Below are positions 41,094 through 54,230 of a stretch of DNA of 64,000 bases, in pieces. The notes beneath the pieces were generated by a model, which was given only the letters and a program-made list of their open reading frames with translations, ran no database searches and was not told where the DNA came from. The DNA is from Octopus sinensis. Lineage: Eukaryota. The stretch spans positions 62,868,001 to 62,932,000 of the forward strand of contig NC_043008.1 in assembly GCF_006345805.1 (NCBI RefSeq). The letters run 5' to 3'. How positions within the stretch are numbered: position 1 is the first letter of the stretch; each line of letters starts with the position of its first letter. A program made the position numbers and the translations under genes.

Positions 41094-42192
41094 CATATGT
41101 TTGTGTGTCTGTATTTGTTCCCATAACATCGCTTGACAACCGATGGTGGTGTACTTATGTCCCCGTAACTTAGTGGTTCAGTAAAAGAGACTGATAGAAT
41201 AAGTACTAGGCTTACAAAAAATAAGTCCTGGGGTCGATTTGCTCGACTAAAGGCAGTGCTACTGCTTGGCCACAGTCAAATGACTGAAACAAGTAAATGA
41301 GTAAAAAAGTGTAAGGTTAGAACTTAGTATCTTGTTTTATGCATTTTCATCCTGATGTTATTATATTTTCGATGTTTCCCTTAATGTAACACTTGTCATT
41401 TTATATGCAATATAAAATGTGCATTCCAGAAGTTTTTGAACATTTTCAGGAGTGACATGTATTGATTTCAAAATTCGGCACAAAGTCAGTAGTTTTGTGG
41501 TGGGGTGTTTGTGAGTCTATTACATCAAACCCAAAGCTCAATTGGTACTTATTTTATTGATCCAGAAATGATGAAAGGGAAGAATGACCTTGACAACATT
41601 TGAACTCAGAATGTAAAGATGGGTGAAATGCCATCAAGCACTTTTTCCAGTATGCTAACAATTCTGTCAGATCATTGGAGAGATACTCTTTTACCTGTTT
41701 ACTCTTTTACTTGTTTCAGTCATTTGACTGTGGCCAAGCTGGAGCACAGCCTTTAGTCGAGCAAACCGACCTTAGGACTTATTCTTTGTAAACCTAGTAC
41801 TTATGCTATTGGTCTCTTTTGCCGAACTGCTAAGTTACGGGGACGTAAACCAAATAGAATCGGTTGTCAAGTGATGTTGGGGAGACAAACACAAACACAC
41901 AAACATATACATACATATATATATACATATATACATATATATATAAAGTTAGAGGGAGTAAAGTCTGGACTGTAGGTAGTGCTAGGGACAGTTTTGATGT
42001 CCTTCTCTGTCAAGTCACGTCCAGTAAATTCACTGCTTCTTTTCTTTTTTCAATAAAATAGTTTTTACCTATTAATGGTGAGATACTACGGATATATTTC
42101 CTCAATAAACTTTCCTCGTGGTGATCTTTCCTCACAGTGAACTTGTCTCATGGTGAATGTTCTTCACAGTGAATTGATGGTGGTGAACTTAC

Positions 42193-42450
42193 CTATAATA
42201 GGTAGCTGGTTACCAGGAGACTCATCACTGAGCACACTGGGAACAAACCTTGCACAAACTTTGTGTTTGTTCTGATCTTCATAAATGTTCTGTGTGCAGC
42301 CACCACTATACCAACTGCAAACTGTTTGCTTATTGTCTTTATAGACATATGATAGTCTTTATCTGGAGAATTGTGAATTTTCTCAACCTGCCTTGATGTT
42401 CTGACATTCCTCTCTTTGCCAACCCTCTCATCATCTCTCATTTCCTTTCT
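42193..42450 (-). mobile_element. mariner transposase N-terminal relic
   Basis: RDDERVGK…SIKTISKQF…KFVQGLFPV resembles the DDERSGRP to WVPR region. Confidence 0.7.
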
Positions 42451-44785
42451 GCCATCCTTGACCCTCTTGTGCTAGTGAACAAGTTAATCCATAAACAATG
42501 TGGAGCATTTCATGCAGTCCTGTAGTATTTTGGTCTTTATAAATGCAAAACTTTATTGTATAATTATCGACCCCAGTGCTTGACCGGTACTTATTTTAAC
42601 AACCTTGAAAAGAAGAAAAACTATCATGGTGAAATTTGAAGGTAAAAGTGGTTTCTGATTTTGGCACAAACAAGCAAGAGGAAAGCTTAGATAAACTACA
42701 TCAATCCGAGTGCTCATTTGATAAATTTTTTTTCGACACTGAAAAGATACGATTATAATAATACAAATAAATAATAGAAGCCAATCTACAAAACTTACAC
42801 AGATATATATGATGGATCAAAACATGGCCATTCTAAATATACTTCATATTACTTGTGAAGTTCAGAATAACAAGTTTTGTTCCTTTGGGAATATTATCAT
42901 GGAAAGAATAAATGACTTCCGTGAATGCAACACAAGTTATTTCTAAATAACAGTGCATGCTTAATGTATTGACCTATTATTCATCATTGATATTTAAATT
43001 TAGCAATATCTCTGATTTCTGATTCAATTTTCATATTAGTATAACTTTAAAAACTTATCTCATCTCAATTTCTGCAAGTTGCTTGTGCATTGCTTAACTT
43101 ATAATTATTAGGATTGCTTGTAATTTGATATTTTATCCAATTTTACCTGAGTCAGGCACGTAGTTCACTCCACGTTCCTCTCTACAATACATTATTGTGT
43201 CTTTGTGAGAAAATTCTCAGAATATTTTCTATTGTATATCAATATTAATTGAATTGAGAGAAGACACTTTCTTTCCCATACATTTGATTCTCCATAGATA
43301 TTCAGTCACATTTACTGCATTGAATATTATCCCATTCCATTTGTTGGAAATCAATTGGATATCACATGAGATAATCTGAGTCATTTTAATGATAGCTGTT
43401 GGTTGTCATTGTTGGCTTGGTTATCTGGTACCAAAATTCAACTCTTATTACGACGAGTATTTGCTGACTCTACAGTAATGAGTTAGTGGCTGGTTTTACA
43501 ACAGATTTGAAAGATTTTCTTTGAAATCTGCTGGAAAACCAAGTCAAGCATTGCATTTAATGTACAGTATCTTCTACAGTCTCAATACCCAATTTTACAT
43601 TTGTTTGGACGAGTACATCCATTATTGACTTGTGAAAAATGGAGTTTTATTATGTAGCAAGCTAGGCAAAGGTGCTGTATGAATGGCTTCTAAGGAAAGT
43701 AGGCTTTGCCTCTTTACAAGTATATATTGTTTTGCAATTAGCACATCATGTCATGAATAAATTACACGTTGAATAAAAATATATCATTGAGATATTATTC
43801 AGTTGTGACTACCATTTCCCAAGAGGATTTCTGCTGCATGATGCACAAAGATCAAAGGCTTCTGATAAATGAAACATTTGAAGGATGAAATGCACTTTAC
43901 ATTTCTCTATATGCAATCATTTTGTGAATGTCTGACGCGAAAGAATGAATGAAATATCTCTTACAAATGTTTCACCTCAAGAAGTGAATTTGCTTACCAC
44001 AACGTTTCTGTTTTGTCAGCTGCCACCTTTTAACCCAACAAGTTAATTTACCTATCAATGAATTCCAGTTTTCTTTAAGGATTTTAATCAGAAACAATAC
44101 ATACATATATATATATCAGATTTTCTTTTCTCTTTTCGTTCAGTTCTTCCATCGGTGTACAGGCTTGTAAGTTGTCATGGATCATTAAACCATTGCACTT
44201 CCATGTAACTTTTACCTTAATGCAGACACAACAGGTTTTTGGAAAATTACTCGCTTCTCTCACGTCAAAATATTTTATTGAAATAAAAATGGTTAAAAGA
44301 TTTCTCTATAAGTTGTCAGAAAACTTGAGTGGTTCAGAGCATTAAGTCATGTAACACAGAAAAACATTTTCAGCATTTTAAAGTCTTTAGAAAGAGCTGT
44401 GAATTTATTCTGTTTAAAGTTGGTACATTTACTTAACATCACCTACGAAACGCAACAAAGAATTGCTTACAATCAATGGTAAACCAATATTTAAGCAATT
44501 TACTTTTAAAATGTTATTTGTTTTACAGACTACACAGTTAATTGCAGAGTCCACCCCTCTGTATCTATAGTGGCAGTCTGAGGTAAATAGAATAATTACC
44601 TTATCCTTTGACAAACTCACCTTTGGTGGCGTAATATGGACATGACATTAACAGTTTGTGATTTCATACCTATCTAAATATTTTTGTGAATTGGTGAAAC
44701 TGAAGGTTACATAATGTCTAACTTACAAGTCATCATCATCATCATCATCACCAACAACACCATAATCATCATCATTACCACCATA

Positions 44786-44816
<31 letters not shown>

Positions 44817-46481
44817 CCACCACTATCCCATCACCTACCACCACCATTGCCATCATCGTCATCATTGTTTTAATGTCTACTTTTCCATGCTTGGTTAGAT
44901 CAGATGGAAGTTAGTATGAGCAAATTTTCTACAGAATGGTGCTTTTTCTGCTGCCAACTTTCATGCTTTTTTGAAAGAAGGTAATATTTCCCCCTGGCTG
45001 GACATGTTTTCATGAAACAGGAAACTGGAAACAAAGACCACTGCTTGTGTGATAGCCATGCTTATTTACAACTATCACACTATGTCAAGATAAGGTGATA
45101 AAATTCCCCATGCACACATATACACACACATATTGTATATGCAGAGGCAAGTTTTTGAAACTTTGTCTGAGTAAGAAATAAAAAACGGTGTCTTTAGTAA
45201 TTCTAGGGTCTGCTTTTCATTAATTAATAGACAAAGCAAATGAAAGATGTTTAATAAATAATACACATATATGCCATTACACAATATGCTCCCAGTTCAT
45301 ACAATGTCTGCATGTAATCTCTTTTAAATATTTATCGAATTACATCACTGATTACTCTCAGTTATATAATATTTGGGAGGAAATAATCTTAGTCTAACGT
45401 TTTAGTTTCACAATTTTATATTAACAATCAATTTTATAGTTACACTGTAACTGATGTGCTGATTCATGATGGACTGCATCTGTGTAAATGGATTTATAAA
45501 TGTGGATATAGCATCATCATTATCATCATCATCGTTTAACGTCCGTTTTCCATGCTAGCATGAGTTGGACAGTTTGATTGGGGTCTGGGAAGCCAGGAGA
45601 CTGCACCAGGCTCCAGCCTGATCTGGCAGTGTTTCTACAGCTGGATGCCCTTCCTAATGCCAACCACTCCTTGAGTGTAGTGGGTGCTTTTTGCGTGCCA
45701 CCAGCACGGGTATCACAACAACAATTTCCATTTGATTTTTATTTTGATGTTGATGTACTTGACTCAACAGGTCTCCTCAAGCACAGCTGGTCACCCTACG
45801 ATCCAAGGTTAGTACAGCAGGCCGTCTTGCAAGCCATGAACTCACTTCATTTTTTGGGTCTTCACAGTCACAGTATATCTCCAGATGTCTCAGTTTTTCG
45901 TCATTGCATCTGTGAGGCTCAATGTTTGATGGTCATGTTTGACCACTTCATCCCATGTCTTCCTGGATCTACCTCTACCCTTCCTTCAACTGTTTTGGAA
46001 TGGCACTTCTTCACACATCTCTCCTCATCCATCCATATTACATGACCATACCAATGCAAACGTCTCTCCTGCACACCACATCCGATGCTTCTTATGTCCA
46101 ACATTTCTCTCAGGGAACTTACATGCTGTTGTGCATGTACACTGACATAACCCTGTTTGTTTTCATGTTATTTGCAAATTATTTCAGAACTGAAATTTTT
46201 TGGTAACTTGAATATACTGCCAGCCTGATTGTCATTGCAAAATTTAATGAATTCTTGGAAAATTGAATTCCATAAAATTTCTGAAGATAAACTGAGTCAC
46301 CAATTTGAAATATTTATAGGCACAGTCATGGGTGTGTGGTAAGAAGCTTGCTTTCCAACCATATGAGTTCAGTCCAATTAAGTGGCACCTTAGCCAAGTG
46401 TCTTTTACTCTAGCCTTGGGCTGACCAAAGCCTTGTGAGTGGATTTGGTAGATGGAAACTGAAGAGAGCTCATTGTAGGCA

Positions 46482-46541
<60 letters not shown>

Positions 46542-47749
46542 TGTGTGTGTGTGCTTGTCCCCCACAACCACTTGACAACCAGAGTTGGTGTGTTTACATA
46601 CCTGTAACATAACAGTTTGTCAAAAAAGTTACTCAGTCCCACTGTGTGGCACCTTGGGCAAGTGTCTTCTAATATAGCCTTAGGCCGACCAAAGCCTTGT
46701 GAGTGGATTTGGTTGATGGAAACTGAAAGAAACTATCTATATATATATATATAGATAGATAGATAGATAGGTAGATAGATATGTATGTATATATTTGTGT
46801 GTTTATGTCTGTCCCCACAGCATCGCTTGACAACCAATGCTGGTGCATCACCTAGCAGTTCGGCATGAGAGACTGATAGAATAAGTACAAGGCTTACAAG
46901 GAAATAGGTCCTCGGGTTGATTTGCTGGACTAAGAAGGCGGTGCTCCAACATGAGCGCAGTCAAATGACTGAAACAAATAAAAAGAAAAACAAAGAATTA
47001 CTCTCTATATCTCTAGTCAATAAAATTTATATGTACACAATAGAAATCTTAGGATATATCTAGGTGGTATAAATTGGAAAGAGAGCAAAACTCTAATATC
47101 ACATGAAATCACACTGGCCAAAGTAAAAGGTTGCTTTGGAGGGTTAATGGGAATTACTATCACTTTCAGAAACCAAATATTCCTCTTTTTATATAAATCT
47201 CAGTTTACTTGAGGTAAGCATATGCTAAATGTATGGTACTGTATGAAAATATAACAGAATCTCTCATAGAAACGAAATATTTTCTTAAGAAATAAACAAA
47301 ATGGAAGGAGTTAAAGAAACATTTAAAGAACTGGGAGGGTGAGTGATATGCAATATATGGTAATAAAAGGATCAGGCTTGTAAGTTTTAGTTTTTAGGCT
47401 AGAAGTGAAAGAATTGGTGGCAAGCTGGGAAAAACTGATTGCAAGTTCATTAATGGCATACCATTATTGGAAATTAAAAAAAAAAACACGATTTTTTCGT
47501 GGCCATTGCCAGTACTGCCTGACTGGCCCTCATGCTGGTGGCATGTAAAAGCACCCACTACACTCTCGGAGTGGTTGGCGTTAGGAAGGGCATCCAGCTG
47601 TAGAAACTCTGACAGATCAAGCTTGGAGCCTGGTGCAGCCATCTGGTTTGCCAGTCCTCAGTCAAATCGTCTAACCTATGCTAGCATGGAAAGTGGATGT
47701 TAAACGATGATGATGATTATTATGGAAATGATTATTCTAAATTTGTTAC

Positions 47750-48350
47750 CATTTAAAAGAGTCTATCCTGCACAATAATGGATAGGACAAGTTCGCAGTT
47801 GTTCTGTTCTACTTTTGGAAAAATTTATTCTGTAAACTAATCAATGAACATTCTATTTATTAATTAGGAAGGGACTATAATTACTAATATAATCTATTCT
47901 CTATCGTAAGTCGATTTTCATTAAACTATTTCCAAGAAAGTATAAATCCTTCAAGACTATTGAAAAGGTTGCAAGATGCAACAAAAATTTTAGGAAAATA
48001 AAATTAAGAAATAAGTGGAAATTTTACCAGTGAGTGTGCTACATTATAAGGCACAAAACGAAAATTACTCTCCCCAGACACAATAGAATATGCTTCAACA
48101 CACGAACTCATATAAAGAATCTTGCAAACCAAATCCAAAAACGAATTATAAATCCTTCATATATCAATATAAAATGGGCATACCTTATTTTCAGGCATAC
48201 AAACTGACGTAGTATATTATGTAAACATTCAAATATTGTCATTATTTTTCCAAATCCTACTGCATTTCACAGGGAATTTTTGAGCATCCAAAGTCATCTT
48301 GGTGTATAAGTCATCTACTATTTTTGCCGTAAATTTTAGTCTGAAAAATT
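47750..48350 (-). pseudogene. Decayed coding-like segment
   Basis: About 150 codons in one frame with scattered stops: RLKFTAKIVDDLYTKMTLDAQKFPVKC…SVCMPENKVCPFYIDI*RIYNSFLDLVCKILYMSSCVEAYSIV…. Confidence 0.3.
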
Positions 48351-49423
48351 TGACTGGAAAATATAGTCCAGATTAAATATAATTATCTCTATCCATTTGC
48401 AATTAAAATTCAATATTTCTATATCTTAAGCATTTGTGATTGAATGTGATCTAGTTTTAGATCATTTGTTTTTATTACTTTGTTCATCAAAATATAAAGT
48501 TAACTTTCCAAATATTTAAGGGATATTTACTAAACATTTGCAGTCTCTTCTCAAGTTATAAATTATCTTGCATCGTTGCTCATTAGCATAAAGCAACTCT
48601 GATATCTTTCTATTTGACCTACGTACAGTGCTTTGGGTGGGTAGTAGTTTCAAAATTCCATCAGTTTTGCAAAAGAAACAGTGGGTCCATTAGTTATGTT
48701 TAGTCTCTTGCAAGCAGTTCACCAAAATATGTACTCTTTTACTCTTTTACTTGTTTCAGTCATTTGACTGTGGCCATGCTGGAGCACCACCTTTAGTCAG
48801 GCAAATTAACCCCAGGACTTATTCTTTGTAAGCCTGGTACTTATTCTATCAGTCTCTTTTGCCGAACCGCTAAGTTATGGGGATGTAAATACACCAGCAT
48901 CGGTTGTCAAGTGATTCTGGGGAGACAAATACAGACACACAAACATATACACACACATACATACATACATACATACATAATACATACATACATACATACA
49001 TACATACATACATACATACATACACATATATATATATATATATATATATATTACCTTTGAAATGTGGAGTAGACGAAACAGGGACAACTAAAGACTACTG
49101 TTGTATGTCTTGTTTGGAAACAAGTTCGTTTCCATGGTTTTGTTTTTATGTTTTCGTTTCTCATTGTGTTCAACGTTTTTTTGATGTCCTGCACCCATTT
49201 ATGCATGTATATGTACATATAGATGTAGGTATGTATATATGTATGTATATATGCATATATTTATATATTATTTTATTATATATATATATATATATATATA
49301 ATAACAATTAAGGAACGGCCATAATAGGCCATTCACCCACTAGAAATAACAGCCAAAGCTTCTACCGCAAATAAAGATTAATTCCGTAAACAGGAGAAAA
49401 TTAAAAAAAACATTTACCCTGTA

Positions 49424-49529
49424 ATTTCTTGTACGGTATACCGTTTCATCCGCTGTTTAATGGTAAACTAACATGATTAAATTAAATCAAGCCAATCTTC
49501 CATAAGCCTCGGATTCTTCAGCAAGAAAT
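49424..49529 (-). ncRNA. Type I hammerhead ribozyme, extended loop II (left arm)
   Basis: Mirror image of 49567-49673. Confidence 0.8.
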
Positions 49530-49566
49530 AGCTCAAGTCGGGACAATATCTGTCCCGACTTGAGCT

Positions 49567-49673
49567 ATTTCTTGCTGAAGAATCCGAGGGCTTATGGAAG
49601 ATTGGCTTGATTTAATTTAATCATGTTAGTTTACCATTAAACAGCGGATGAAACGGTATACCGTACAAGAAAT
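49567..49673 (+). ncRNA. Type I hammerhead ribozyme, extended loop II (right arm)
   Basis: Stem I ATTTCTTG/CAAGAAAT; CTGAAGA at 49575-49581; stem II ATCCG/CGGAT with a 58-nt loop; GAAA at 49650-49653; palindromic stem III ACGGTATACCGT; GTA cleavage triplet ending 49665. Confidence 0.8.
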
Positions 49674-49895
49674 TACAGGGTAAATGTTTTTTTTAATTTT
49701 CTCCTGTTTACGGAATTAATCTTTATTTGCGGTAGAAGCTTTGGCTGTTATTTCTAGTGGGTGAATGGCCTATTATGGCCGTTCCTTAATTGTTATTGTT
49801 GAACTTAAAAATGGTCTATGACTATTTAATTTTTTCCCACTGGGCCGCTGGTGGCAATAAAATTCTACAAAATTTTCCTTGCCACCCTATATTGA

Positions 49896-49926
<31 letters not shown>

Positions 49927-50504
49927 CATACATATATACGACGGCTTCTTTCAGTTTCCATCTACCAAATCCACTCACAAGGCTTTGGTTGGCCCGAGGC
50001 TATAGTAGAAGACACTTGCCCAAGGTGCCACACAGTGAGAATGAACCCAGAACCATGTGGTTGGTAAGCAACCTACGTACCACACAGCCACCCCTGCTGT
50101 GGCCACAGTGACCTTAGCTTTCTGTAAGGGTCTGTATATATCATGAGCATTGCCACTCTTCCTCTTATTAGTTCAACTACTTTGTTGAATATTTAATACT
50201 TCTTTATCTCTTTTAAAACCTACTCACCTTAGATTAGTAAGAAACTAACTGTTTTAGAGAGTTTACATTCAAACTGAAACCTTCTATTATAATTTTATAG
50301 AAGAACCTTTTGTTGATTTGTGTTCCAAACACCAATTTAATAATATAGCTGGATTAGTTATTTTACTAAACAAGTGTAAGTTAATAATTTTAAAAAGTAA
50401 TTGTAATACATCAATATAGTATTTCATTAGAATTATGTTAATAAAAGGGATAACAAAATCCTGTTTGTTAAAATTAGGACATAGAGTTTAAAAGGACAAG
50501 ACTC

Positions 50505-51600
50505 AATACTGGTTTCAAATTTTGGCACAAGGCCAGCAGTTTCAGCATTGGAGGTATGTTGATTACATCAACCTCAGTGCTCAATTTGTAGTGATTTTGT
50601 CAGCCCTGAAAGGATGAGTAGCAAAATCACCCTCAGCAGAATTTGAACTAAGAATGTAAAGAGGGATGAAAAACCACAAAGCATTTTTCTGAGCATGGTG
50701 ATGTTTCTGCCAGCTTACTGCCTTAAGAAAACTAGATATTGGTTTCTGGTTTTGGTACAAGACTGGCAATTTCAGGGAATGTCAATTACATCGAAACTAA
50801 TACTCAACAGGTACTTATTCTATCGATCCCAATAGGTTGAAAGGCAAATTGAACCCTAGCAACATTTGCTGCTAAGCATTTTGTTCGACATGAACTACTA
50901 TACTTATTTCTTTACTGCCCACTAGGGGCTACACACAGAAGGGACAAACAAGGACAGACAAACGGATTAAGTCAATTATATTGACTCCAGTGCATAACTG
51001 GTACTTATTTAATCAACCCCAAAAGGATGAAAAGCAAAATCGACATCAGTAGAATTTGAACTCCAGAATGTAGTTGCAGATGAAATACTGCAAAGCATTT
51101 CGCCTGGCATGCTAATATTTCTTATTTCTTTATTGCCCACAAGGGGCTAAACATAGAGTGGACAAACAAGGACAGACAAATGGATTAAGTCGATTATATC
51201 GACCCCAGTGCATAACTGGTACTTATTTAATCAACCCCGATAGAATGAAAGGCAAACTCGACCTCGGTGGAATTTGAACTCAGAACATAGCGGCTGACAA
51301 AATACCTATTTCTTTATTACCCACAAGGGGCTAAACACAGACAGACAAACAAGGACAGACATAGGTATTTAGTCGATTACATCGACCCCAGTGCATAACT
51401 GGTACTTAATTTATCGACCCCGAAAGGATGAAAGGCAAAGTTGACCTCGGCGAAATTTGAACTCACAACGTAACGGCAGACGAAATACCGCTAAGCATTT
51501 CGCCGTGCGTACTAACGTTTCTGCCAGCATTTTGCCTGGAATGCAAATGTTTCTGCCAGCTCACAGCATGCTGACTATTCTGCCAGTTTGTTACCTTAAT
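50505..51600 (-). mobile_element. Tandem array of SINE family B units
   Basis: About five head-to-tail full or partial units of roughly 190-220 bp. Confidence 0.85.
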
Positions 51601-53699
51601 AAGGCTAAATATTCAAAGCTATTTACAATTTAATGGCTCTTTCCTATTCCTGACAATTTTCTACCCTTAATATTGAAAAAAAAAAAATATTCTTTGTATT
51701 AATAAATTATATTTTATATGTGTAATTGTAATATTTTTAATAATTTTTTTTTTGCTTATATCATAAGTTGAAAATATGTATCAAAGATGAAAGTTGTTAA
51801 CTTACTCTTTCTTGTATCTCATTACGTCACAGTTTCATTTCTACATATTATATGCATATTAAATAACAACATAAAATATATATACTGCTGTTGTTTAATG
51901 CTCAGTAGAGGCTATTTTTTTACTTTGCAGAAAATTATCGAATTATCTAAATTAAATCATTAAAAAAATTTACATGAAACAACAACTTTAAAATTACAAC
52001 TCTCAAACTCTAATGAAAGCATATACCCACGCAAATTCTGATTTCAAATAACATGAAAGATGGTTCATTAGAAAAGCTGACTGATTGTTTAGACTTAATG
52101 AGTTTAATTTGGACTCTCATTCTAACAAAATTGATTTCACTTTGAAATTTTTGTTTTCAAAGGCTACATCAGTAAAATGCATTACACCTATGTATAGTAC
52201 ATGCATACAAATGCTCACAGAAACACATATACTATTTGTACCTATGTATAAATATATCTGTCTGCAATACATGCAGTTTTGTTTTTTTTTTTTTTCTTAA
52301 CCAACTTGACATTTTTTTTTTATTATCATGTATGAAAGTATGCAAATAAAAATAATATAAAGTTAATTTATTGTTAATATATTCAATAATTAGCTTTTTT
52401 ATGTAACATGGGCATTTTTGGAATATTTTGGCTTCATTAAAGAGTTAAATATGAAAACGTAATTACATGTGATTAAGTTTTATAATTTACGTATTGAAGT
52501 CGTAAACCTTCTCTAAGTCACAGTTTATTAGTTTTGTTGAACTTAGCATAAAGAATTTAATATTTTAAAGTTTGTTTTTATTAGATGTTATATAGTTAAC
52601 TTCTCTTTTTGAAGATTCAAATATAGCAGAGAGAAAGACCTATAATTAGGCAGCGTCTGTTCATGGATAGTGTCAATCAATCATAGGTAAGTAATGTTGA
52701 GCATGAATGTGTGAATATATTTCATCTAATACTTGTAAACTTGGTTTTCTTTTATAGTTGCAGCACAGCCACTTGAAAATACTGCTGACAGAGACACTAA
52801 ATTTCAAATAGAAGTAGAAGTTTTGAGAATTATAAAATACAGGATTTTTTTCCAAAATACTGTCAGCTATTTCATATGTGTTTATAGGGAAATATATTTG
52901 CGAAGATTGATATAATTATTAGAAACATCTGGCTTGTTTTAATGTAGTAAGTGAAATACTTTAACCAAACAATGATTTAATGAACTTTTTAAAAGGGACA
53001 GGATTATAAATTGAAGAAGATTTCAAGTGTGTTTTAAAATGTTGGCAATTAGACCAGACTAAGTGTTGGGTGTTTAGAATATTTTGAAGAATTCTATCAA
53101 AGCTGGAAAAAGATGCATTTAGAAAGAAATGGCAAAGTGAGATTCTTCAAGACTAGAAAAATATTTTTGGGGGAATAGGAGTGGCTGTGTGGTAAGTAGC
53201 TTGCTTACCAACCACATGGTTCTGGGTTCAGTCCCACTGCGTGGCACCTTGGGCAAGTGTCTTCTACTATAGCCTCGGGCCGACCAAAGCCTTGAGGGTG
53301 GATTTGGTAGATGGAAACTGAAAGAAGCCTGTCGTATATATATATATATATATGTGTGTGTATATGTTTGTGTGTCTGTATTTGTCCCCCCAACATCGCT
53401 TGACAACCGATGCTGGTGTGTTTACGTCCCCCATAACTTAGTGGTTCAGCAATAGAGACTGATAGAATAAGTACTAGGCTTACAAAGAATAAATCCTGGG
53501 GTCGATTTGCTCGACCAAAAGCGGTGCTCCAGCATGGCCACAGTCACATGACTGGAACAAGTAAAAAAGTAAGTAAAAAGTAAAGTTGCTGATTTTCTTG
53601 TAAATTACAATGTTCCTTACTGGTGGATATTGTTTACATATCAGGAATGGCACAGCTGTTAAATTCTTTTTAATCATTAAGGCTGGGTCCCAACAAAGT

Positions 53700-53995
53700 C
53701 TACCTGCCACACTTTTTAGTCTATCATTATTGTCTTGAAGTTCTGGGTACATTCCAGGCCAGTGTCTGCAATCAAGTTGCTGATGTAAATGTGGCAACAT
53801 TTTCTTCTTACATCACCATGAAGTGGGTCCCACATGATTAGTTTAGAAGCTTCCAGTTCAAGGTGGTGCATGCAATGACCATATAGTTGCAGTCGTCTTT
53901 GCCTGATCTTCTCTCCAACTTTTGCTGGGTTTCCATAAAGGCATTCATTTATAATACGTTGCTGCCATTTCACATTTTGGGCCATGGAAAGGTTT
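53700..53995 (-). mobile_element. RTE LINE 3' ORF2 relic (third subfamily)
   Basis: ORF 53716-53985: NECLYGNPAKVGEKIRQRRLQLYGHC…LIMWDPLHG…YISNLIADTGL. Confidence 0.8.
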
Positions 53996-54009
53996 TAGGC
54001 TGTGTTTAA

Positions 54010-54230
54010 CCCTTTGGTGTTTAGGCCGGCCATATCTGGCCCAAATACTCTACATGTTTTACACTCAAACTGGCCATATCTAGCCCCTTACACCTAACCT
54101 ACATTGACATTCTAAGAATAAACTATCACACCATTGAAACTTCAAAGCTGTAAGATAATGTATGATTAATTCAAAACAATTTGTGTGAAAAAAGTATTAC
54201 ATTTAACAGAGTAATCTGAACACTAAAGGG
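54010..54230. mobile_element. piggyBac-type MITE
   Basis: TTAA|CCCTTTGGTGTT … AACACTAAAGGG|TTAA (TIRs with TTAA duplication). Confidence 0.8.

Larger units (their letters stand above)
49300..49797. repeat. Near-perfect palindrome (246/247-nt arms, 5-nt loop)
   Basis: 49300-49545 is the reverse complement of 49551-49797 apart from one G indel (about 49588); loop ATATC at 49546-49550. Confidence 0.97.

Noticed and set aside
43450-44250. hAT transposase relic on the minus strand
   Set aside because: Motif matches (TDG, CFIY, RGK) are too weak and need several frameshifts; equally explained by the unidentified decayed coding signal
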